32,000 bases of DNA, taken from Nitratidesulfovibrio vulgaris str. Hildenborough (GTDB lineage Bacteria > Desulfobacterota > Desulfovibrionia > Desulfovibrionales > Desulfovibrionaceae). The notes beneath the pieces are model-generated. The model was given only the letters and a program-made list of their open reading frames with translations, did not search any database and was not told the origin of the DNA. The stretch lies in NCBI RefSeq assembly GCF_000195755.1, contig NC_002937.3, positions 2,220,001-2,252,000 of the forward strand, written 5' to 3'. Shown here piece by piece: positions 26,009-32,000 of the stretch. The position numbers and the translations under genes are program-made. Position 1 is the first letter of the stretch. Each line of letters starts with the position of its first letter.

Positions 26009-27403
26009 ATGTCCACATCCTTCGTCGGAGAAGGCTTCGCCATCCTGTTGCTCATTCTGCTCAACGGTTTCTTCGCCCTTGCCGAGATGTCGCTGGTCAC
26101 TTCACGCAAACCGCGCCTCGAAGCGGAAGCCGCACGCGGCAACAGGGGGGCCGCAGTGGCCCTGCGGCTTCTTGAAACGCCCGACAGCCTCTTCTCCACG
26201 GTACAGATAGGTATCACCCTCATCGGCATTCTCACAGGTGCCTTCGGCGGCGCGTCTGTGGCGGCGCACCTGACCCACGTGCTGGCGGACATGCCTGCCG
26301 TGGCCCCCTACGCGGCATCTCTGGCTTTCGGGGTGGTCATCATCGTCACCACCTACCTGACGCTCATCTTCGGTGAACTCGTGCCCAAGAAGATGGCCTT
26401 CGCCTCTCCTGAACGTTTCGCGTGCGCCGTCGCCCCCGTCATGCTGGTGTTCATGCGGCTTTCCATGCCCGCGGTGTGGCTGCTCAGTCTCTCGTCGCGT
26501 GCGGCCTCCACCATACTTCGTATCCGCGAGGACGGGCCTTCCGTCACCGATGAGGATATACGGGGGATGCTCGCCGAAGGTGTGCGTTCCGGCGTGGTAC
26601 TCGACGCGGAACGCACCATGTCCGAACGCGTCATGCGCCTTGGCGACCGTAGCGTGACGTCCATCATGACGCACCGCACCCGCGTGGCGTGGCTCGACAG
26701 CGAAGCGCCGCAAGAGGACATCATCGAACGTCTTGCCGCCTCGACCTACTCGCGCTTTCCGGTGTGCGACGGCGACCTCGACAACGTCCTCGGGGTCATC
26801 AAGGCGCGCGAATACCTCGCCGCCTGCGCGGAAGGGGCCGACGTGACGCTCAAGAACTTCATGCGCCAACCCGTCTTCATTCCTGAAACGGCCCGTGCGC
26901 TCGACCTGCTTGAAGCCTTCCGCACCACCCCGCATGTCCACTTCGCCATGGTAGTGGGCGAATACGGCGAGGTGCAGGGCATCGTCACCCTCAACGACGT
27001 GCTCGAAGCCATCGTGGGCGACATCCCGAGCCCCGACGAGGCCGATGAGCCCGAAGCCGTCCGCCGCGCCGATGGTTCATGGTTGCTGGATGGCATGATG
27101 CACATCGATGACATGGCCGATGTGACGGGTCTGCGCCTGCCCGACGAAAAGCATGGAGACTTCGAGACGCTGGCAGGTCTTCTGCTGCAACACCTCGGCA
27201 AGCTGCCCGCCATCGGCGACACGTTGCGTCTGGGGCCCCTGCATTTCGAAATCGTCGACATGGACGGACGACGCATCGACCGCGTGCTGCTCAGCACCGC
27301 TGCTACCGTGAAGGATGAATACGCACCCGGCACCGATACCGCAGCGCAGAAGTCCGCCACCGATGCAGCCCCCTCGAAAGGCGGCAGCAATCCCGCCGCA
27401 TGA
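26009..27403 (+). CDS. Hemolysin-family / CNNM (DUF21)-CBS-CorC_HlyC domain membrane protein
   Basis: The N-terminal DUF21 region has LLNGFFALAEMSLVTSR and VQIGITLIGILTGAFG. A CBS pair region and the C-terminal transporter-associated domain follow (GDFETLAGLLLQHLGKLPAIGD...FEIVDMDGRRIDRV). Confidence 0.85.
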   Translation: MSTSFVGEGFAILLLILLNGFFALAEMSLVTSRKPRLEAEAARGNRGAAVALRLLETPDSLFSTVQIGITLIGILTGAFGGASVAAHLTHVLADMPAVAPYAASLAFGVVIIVTTYLTLIFGELVPKKMAFASPERFACAVAPVMLVFMRLSMPAVWLLSLSSRAASTILRIREDGPSVTDEDIRGMLAEGVRSGVVLDAERTMSERVMRLGDRSVTSIMTHRTRVAWLDSEAPQEDIIERLAASTYSRFPVCDGDLDNVLGVIKAREYLAACAEGADVTLKNFMRQPVFIPETARALDLLEAFRTTPHVHFAMVVGEYGEVQGIVTLNDVLEAIVGDIPSPDEADEPEAVRRADGSWLLDGMMHIDDMADVTGLRLPDEKHGDFETLAGLLLQHLGKLPAIGDTLRLGPLHFEIVDMDGRRIDRVLLSTAATVKDEYAPGTDTAAQKSATDAAPSKGGSNPAA

Positions 27404-27517
27404 GATACGGGCACGGGTGGCAAAAGCAGCGCCAACGAAACAGGAAGGGAATGCTGGCGGCTACGGCAACGCAAGTGGCTACGGCAAAACTGGCAGGAGT
27501 CCTGCCATACCAGTCGT

Positions 27518-29257
27518 CTAGTCCGCCTTGGCAGTCGCCGCCTCGTCATCATGACCGGGCGGAATGCCCCCTTCTGCGAGGCGCGCCTCCAGTGCGGCAT
27601 CCAGCTTCACAACCAGAGAGGTGAGCGTGCGTTCGACACGCACCTTGCCGGCAGGGGCCCCGCGTACAGGTTTCACGTCCTTGACATAGGCGCACATGAT
27701 GCGCGCCTGTGCATCCTCGCGTTGCCAACTCTTCAGCCCCACCAGCACTCCGGCCTGAACGAGCGTCTGTTCCGGCACGTCATGGGCGGCATGGTCACGC
27801 CGGATGACGAGATGCGCGCTGGGGCCGTCTTCGGCGTGCATCCACAGGTCATGCGGCGAAGACAGTTTCAGCAGCGCGGCGTTCCCCTCTGCGCTGCGCC
27901 CGCGCAGCAGCCTGAAGCCATCGTCGCTGCGGAAGGCCTGCACCGTCTTGGGCAGCCCCCCTGTCCGGGCACGCACCTGTGCCCCACGGCGTCCCACGTT
28001 GCCGACGGCGACCTCAGCAGGGGCATCCGGGGCGAGGCGCGCCTGTTCGGCAGCCATACGCTCTTCGCGCACGCTGGCCCTGCGTGATTCCAGCATGGAC
28101 AAGCCCCGTGCGCCACGGTCGGAACGATGGAACATGTCCGCCATGTTCTCACGCACGGTCTTGCGCGGGTCGAGCGAGATGCGCCGTTCCCCTTCCCCTT
28201 CGGGCACGATGACGTGATCAAGCCTGACCTCGGCGGGATAGCGGTACAGCACCGCCTGCAACGCCACGGCATCATCCCGTTCCGCAAGCAGGGCACGCAG
28301 ACGGTGCTCTTCACTGTCGAGTTTGGTGAGCAGCCGTCCGAGTCGGGCCGATTCCCCCTTGAAGGGTTTCGCTGCCTCATTGTGCCGGGTCGCCGCTAGG
28401 TCACCGAAGACGAGGGGTTCGCCATAGCGCAATGCCGCGTCCAGCGGGTCTTCGCAGACCACTTCACGCACATCGCCAGAGAGGCCCGAGACCCGCCCGG
28501 ACACTGCCGCCCACGCCCCGCCAGGTGAGACGACGGGCATGCCACCGGGCTGGACAAGGGGCTGTACAGGGGGCTGGACAGGGGACTGTGCAGGGGGCTG
28601 CACGGGGAGTCCGCCGAGTTCCAGCGGCCACGCCGACAAGGCCACCGGGCCATCGCCACGTTCATACAGGAAAAGGTCGCCGCAGCCCGCCTCAAGGTCG
28701 ACAAGCAGCGCCGCAGCGTCCGGTCTATCCATATGCAGCAGTGTCCGGCGCAAGGCAGGCGTGAGCATGGGGTAGGTACGCCAGGCTTCACTGACCGCAC
28801 CTTCTGTCTGCGGCATGGCATCATCGGAACAGGCGTCAACGAGCGTAAGGGCATCGGGCCATGGCCCGTCATCGGGGGCAGGAGCGAACGCCGAGGCCAG
28901 CGACACCCCCTCGCGCATGTCCATCACCAACCAGGTCTGGTCGGCCGAGGCGACACGCATGGCAAGACGTCTCTCTTGCCAGTGGCAGACGACATCTACG
29001 ACACGCTTACCGCACAGGTACTTACGCAGCCGCATGGTGACGGCATCGGGAGTCGATGGTGCCGCAGGACGGCGTGGTGACAGGTAGAGGAGTGGAAGCT
29101 TGCGGCCGGCCCGCAACACCAGATGTTGCTTATGACCGGCCGCATAGAAGGTGACGGTGTACAGATCGGGGGCGGGATGGTGGATCTTCTCCAGCCGCGC
29201 CCCCGTGAGCACGGGGGTCAGTGCCGCGAACACGCGGCGGACGACATGCGCGTCCAT
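27518..29257 (-). CDS. NFACT-family protein (FbpA/RqcH-like) with C-terminal NFACT-R/DUF814 domain
   Basis: The N-terminal NFACT-N-like region is ARLEKIHHPAPDLYTVTF...LVLRAG. The C-terminal DLWMHAEDGPSAHLVIR matches the DUF814 D-x-W-x-H-x...GSHV motif. GGGGAG RBS. It starts 19 nt downstream of dksA. Confidence 0.7.
   Translation of the reverse strand: MDAHVVRRVFAALTPVLTGARLEKIHHPAPDLYTVTFYAAGHKQHLVLRAGRKLPLLYLSPRRPAAPSTPDAVTMRLRKYLCGKRVVDVVCHWQERRLAMRVASADQTWLVMDMREGVSLASAFAPAPDDGPWPDALTLVDACSDDAMPQTEGAVSEAWRTYPMLTPALRRTLLHMDRPDAAALLVDLEAGCGDLFLYERGDGPVALSAWPLELGGLPVQPPAQSPVQPPVQPLVQPGGMPVVSPGGAWAAVSGRVSGLSGDVREVVCEDPLDAALRYGEPLVFGDLAATRHNEAAKPFKGESARLGRLLTKLDSEEHRLRALLAERDDAVALQAVLYRYPAEVRLDHVIVPEGEGERRISLDPRKTVRENMADMFHRSDRGARGLSMLESRRASVREERMAAEQARLAPDAPAEVAVGNVGRRGAQVRARTGGLPKTVQAFRSDDGFRLLRGRSAEGNAALLKLSSPHDLWMHAEDGPSAHLVIRRDHAAHDVPEQTLVQAGVLVGLKSWQREDAQARIMCAYVKDVKPVRGAPAGKVRVERTLTSLVVKLDAALEARLAEGGIPPGHDDEAATAKAD
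28547..28606. repeat. Five tandem 12-bp units (GGGCTGNACAGG-like) inside the NFACT CDS, encoding a (P-V/A-Q-P/S) tetrapeptide repeat
   Basis: Direct reading gives gggctggacaag / gggctgtacagg / gggctggacagg / ggactgtgcagg / gggctgcacggg. The translated repeat on the minus strand is PVQPPAQSPVQPPVQPLVQP. Confidence 0.8.
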
Positions 29258-29276
29258 GGCGACTCCCCGACGGAGG

Positions 29277-29639
29277 CTAATCGCCCCGCAGGTGCTCGTC
29301 TTCTTCCTGCTTGCTCTTGCAGTTGATGCAGAGCTTCGTCACAGGACGGGCCTTGAGACGCGGAACACCGATCTCCTCACCGCATTCGTCGCAGACGCCA
29401 AACGAACCGTCGTCGATGCGCTGGATAGCTGCACGGATCTTCTTGATGAGCCTGCGCTCACGGTCGCGGATGCGGAGCGTGAACGCCCTGTCCGACTCGG
29501 CAGTGGCACGGTCGGCGGGGTCGGCGAAGATCTCGTTATTATCGGTGAGGTCTTCGAGCGTGGAATCTCCCTTCTGCTGCGCTTCATCCAGCATGGAGGC
29601 AAGCAGTTGCCGGAAGTATTCGATATCCTTCTGTTCCAT
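29277..29639 (-). CDS. dksA: RNA polymerase-binding transcription factor DksA (DksA/TraR C4 zinc finger)
   Basis: 120 aa with a coiled-coil N-terminus, an acidic tip region (DPADRA) and a CDECGEEI...CINC C4 zinc finger. Confidence 0.85.
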   Translation of the reverse strand: MEQKDIEYFRQLLASMLDEAQQKGDSTLEDLTDNNEIFADPADRATAESDRAFTLRIRDRERRLIKKIRAAIQRIDDGSFGVCDECGEEIGVPRLKARPVTKLCINCKSKQEEDEHLRGD

Positions 29640-30341
29640 GTGTGACCTCCTCGCGAAATGGCACGGGCAGGATCCCGCATGGGGCTTTCAACCCACACGT
29701 CTTTGAGATCAAGCACACTCGCATAAATCATCATGTCCATCTAGTAAAGGCCCGATTATGCCCGTAACAGAACTTATATGTATTGAATGCGCAGCCAAAC
29801 AGATCCATGACGCCACCGCACCTGCACCACCACATGTCCGACACCCGCCCCAGCCGAGAGCGGTATATACCAGACACGCAGCAATGCGTGCATGATGGAG
29901 CACACCAGCACTCCAGGTTGACCGCCTTCCGCGCGCCTCGCACTGCCAGCCCCGGTCGCTTGGCTGCTACGCCCCCGCCTGCCATGCCCCCAGCACCAGA
30001 GATGATGAGAGGACATGATTCGGGATATGCCAATGGCATCCCAAAAGGGCGACGCGACGCCCCGCCCGCCGCATCAGGATGTTCCATGTGCTATCTCATG
30101 CCGGGGCGCACGCTACCAGCCCGCATCCCCCTCCTCGAAGCATCTTGCCGTCGCCCCGAATACGGGATACTCGACCTTGTGCCTTTCGTTCTATCCCTTC
30201 TTGCCGCACCTTGGTGACAAAGGGTGGATACGGGAGCGTATTCAGCGGTTTCGCCCTTCGTGCGGCGACTTTTTATTCACGCACAACCCGCTGACTTTTC
30301 ACGCAACTTCTGAAAAAATTGATTTTATCGAATCGCGTCGC

Positions 30342-30370
30342 TTGACAGTTCCGGGCTGCTGGCGTAGAAG
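30342..30370 (+). promoter_or_regulatory. Candidate stable-RNA (tRNA operon) sigma70 promoter with AT-rich UP-like element
   Basis: Consensus TTGACA (30342-30347), a 17-nt spacer, then TAGAAG (30365-30370). An A/T-rich stretch tgaaaaaattgattttatcg lies just upstream. The first tRNA starts at 30385. Confidence 0.55.
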
Positions 30371-30384
30371 CCTTTCCTCGCTGA

Positions 30385-30459
<75 letters not shown>

Positions 30460-30470
30460 GCAAATCCGAT

Positions 30471-30545
<75 letters not shown>

Positions 30546-30552
30546 CATCGGT

Positions 30553-30627
<75 letters not shown>

Positions 30628-30659
30628 CCGCAACGCCTAGCCCTTCGGGGACACCGCAG

Positions 30660-30734
30660 GCGGGAATAACTCAGCGGTAGAGTGTCAGCTTCCCAAGCTG
30701 AAGGTCGCGGGTTCAAATCCCGTTTCCCGCTCCA
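30660..30734 (+). tRNA. tRNA-Gly (anticodon CCC), CCA encoded
   Basis: Acceptor GCGGGAA/TTCCCGC, anticodon stem TCAGC/GCTGA with loop TTCCCAA, T-loop TTCAAAT. Confidence 0.9.
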
Positions 30735-30741
30735 AGAAATC

Positions 30742-30779
30742 AAGAGGCTTACGAGCAATCGTAAGCCTCTTTTTCGTTT
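30742..30779 (+). terminator. Rho-independent terminator of the tRNA operon
   Basis: AGAGGCTTACG (30743-30753), a 6-nt loop, CGTAAGCCTCT (30760-30770), followed by TTTTCGTTT. Confidence 0.8.
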
Positions 30780-30827
30780 CCGTGGCTAACCTTTGGCTAA
30801 CCAAGTGCCAAAACGCGCGCGCATGAC

Positions 30828-31187
30828 CTAGCCCTTTTGCATGTCTGCAAGCTCGGTACGCAGGGTCTGGGCCTGTGCTTCGAGGGCTGCTATCTTGGCT
30901 TCGTCCTCTGCCGTCGCCGTACCTGCGAGCTTGGCGCGCACGGGGCGCACTGATTGCAGGTCTATGGCGTCGAGTTCGCGCTGGATTTGGGCTTGGCGAT
31001 CTATCTTTGCAAGCTGCGCATACGCAGAATCAAGCTCTGCTTGCGTCGGCTGCGGGTCTGGGAGGTTCCACTGGGTGATGGCGATCTGTCCCCCGGTGTG
31101 TGGACCCTGCTCCAGTCTCCACGCTATGAGCGGGTCGGCTTGTGGGAACATCAGCCGAAGCGCTTCATATATGCGTTCGTTCTGCAT
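30828..31187 (-). CDS. Phage tail-fibre assembly/chaperone-like protein
   Basis: GGGAGG RBS. The 119-aa protein has the pattern typical of tail-fibre assembly chaperone-like domains (PTQAEL...IDRQAQIQRELDAIDLQSVRPVRAKLAGTATAEDEAKIAALEAQAQTLRTEL). It lies immediately downstream of a tail-fibre-like gene. Confidence 0.45.
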   Translation of the reverse strand: MQNERIYEALRLMFPQADPLIAWRLEQGPHTGGQIAITQWNLPDPQPTQAELDSAYAQLAKIDRQAQIQRELDAIDLQSVRPVRAKLAGTATAEDEAKIAALEAQAQTLRTELADMQKG

Positions 31188-31196
31188 AATACCTCC

Positions 31197-32000
31197 CTAG
31201 CGTATGCGGGTTATGGTGGCCCAACCACTCGATGCGTGGATACCCGCTGTCGTGCCATTCGCCTGTACGGTAAAATACATGATGTCACCTGCTTGGCATT
31301 CGCATACCGAGTGCATATACGGGTACAGCCACACGGCTTCGTTAGTGGGCAGTCCGACAAGAAGATTGTCCACATTGGTTACCGAGCCCGCCCTGTTTCT
31401 TTTCAGAAATATGGACGCGAATCCTTGTAGCGTGCCGCTCTCCATCAATGGAAGTTGCAAATCAAAACGGTACGTTCCGCTTTCTTGAATAGTCCACCCG
31501 AGGTCGCCGCTATCAGGAGTCACATTGAGATTACCGCTATTCGGCCCCGTGGTGAGGATGTTCGACAACACCCCGTTTGCCAGAGCTTGTCCGGCGGCGG
31601 TCGTTATCCTGTAATTGTTGTACTTACCGACTTCGGGCGATAGTGCCCCTATCGCACCACGCACCGCCTCCGCAGTCTTCTTCCCCGCCAATACATGCCC
31701 CGCAGCCATGTCAGACGCGGCAGCCGCCAGCGTGGCCGTGACAGCGTTGCCGGTGCATGCCGCAGCCGTAGCCGCCTGTTGCGCCTGCGCCGCCCGCAGG
31801 GGCGGCATCTCTGCCCACGCATCACCCACACGGCGCAGCATGAGCCAGTGCGTCGTCGACAGGGCGCAATCCACACCGCCCAGCAGGGCGATGCCACCCG
31901 CCCCCGTGCCGTGCTTCACCGTCACGGTGCGCCCGCTGTTGGCGGCGCACAGCATGAGCACCGCCCCGGCGTGCATGTTGGTCGTGGCGATGGTGGTAAG
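31197..32000 (-). CDS. Phage tail-fibre protein, C-terminal part (N-terminus outside the window)
   Basis: The frame is open to nt 32000 (LTTIATTN precedes the first Met). It has Gly/Ala/Thr-rich fibre-like sequence and a beta-rich C-terminal domain. A chaperone-like gene follows it. Confidence 0.5.
   Translation of the reverse strand, partial: LTTIATTNMHAGAVLMLCAANSGRTVTVKHGTGAGGIALLGGVDCALSTTHWLMLRRVGDAWAEMPPLRAAQAQQAATAAACTGNAVTATLAAAASDMAAGHVLAGKKTAEAVRGAIGALSPEVGKYNNYRITTAAGQALANGVLSNILTTGPNSGNLNVTPDSGDLGWTIQESGTYRFDLQLPLMESGTLQGFASIFLKRNRAGSVTNVDNLLVGLPTNEAVWLYPYMHSVCECQAGDIMYFTVQANGTTAGIHASSGWATITRIR

Larger units (their letters stand above)
30780..32000. mobile_element. End of a prophage or phage remnant (tail-fibre module) abutting the tRNA cluster; continues beyond the window
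   Basis: Two phage-tail-type genes begin within about 90 bp of the tRNA terminator. No housekeeping gene intervenes. Confidence 0.55.

Noticed and set aside
29783-30217. 144-aa plus-strand ORF between dksA and the tRNAs
   Set aside because: The translation is Pro/Arg/His-rich with no RBS, motifs or hydrophobic core, so I treat it as non-coding.

Overview
This is a high-G+C chromosomal segment. Its gene content and order look like a Desulfovibrio-type sulfate reducer; that is my recollection of D. vulgaris-like synteny and is not verified.

Gene layout, left to right:
- 1-6.9 kb: the distal part of a Tad/Flp pilus locus (TadC, a TPR lipoprotein, TadE-like, TadG-like with a vWA domain, a second TadE-like), followed by a hybrid PAS histidine kinase.
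- 6.9-8.3 kb: a divergent pair, a YkgJ-like Cys-cluster protein and a nucleoside 2-deoxyribosyltransferase-like protein.
- 8.4-10.6 kb: a YeiH/UPF0324-family transporter with a long N-terminal extension, plus a small downstream membrane protein.
- 10.6-11.3 kb: a long, partly AT-rich non-coding region carrying three tandem TGCAAA-N6-TTTGCA palindromes.
- 11.3-13.2 kb: a FlxA-like coiled-coil protein and an FxsA-like membrane protein.
- 13.4-19.4 kb: a minus-strand gene string of YhaM-like OB/HD nuclease, tmk, HDAC-family deacetylase, LUD-domain protein and a fused SucC-SucD.
- 19.5-22.7 kb: surE, fba, gap.
- 23.0-24.0 kb: a low-G+C islet of about 1 kb carrying a type-A chloramphenicol-acetyltransferase-family gene.
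- 24.0-29.6 kb: sdaA, a CNNM/TlyC-type protein, and a dksA plus NFACT/RqcH-like pair.
- 30.4-30.7 kb: a tRNA operon (Gly-GCC, Cys-GCA, Gly-GCC, Gly-CCC) with promoter and terminator.
- 30.8-32.0 kb: immediately after the tRNAs, the tail-fibre end of a prophage that runs off the window.

Most of the window is ordinary housekeeping DNA. I found no CRISPR array, IS element or recognisable multi-gene defence system. The items most worth follow-up are:
- the triple palindrome operator array upstream of the YeiH-like gene;
- the HDAC/LUD/fused-SucCD operon of unknown role;
- the low-GC CAT-like islet;
- the FlxA-like/FxsA-like pair;
- the tRNA-prophage junction.

The many long ORFs lying antisense to these genes are high-GC shadow ORFs and were rejected.
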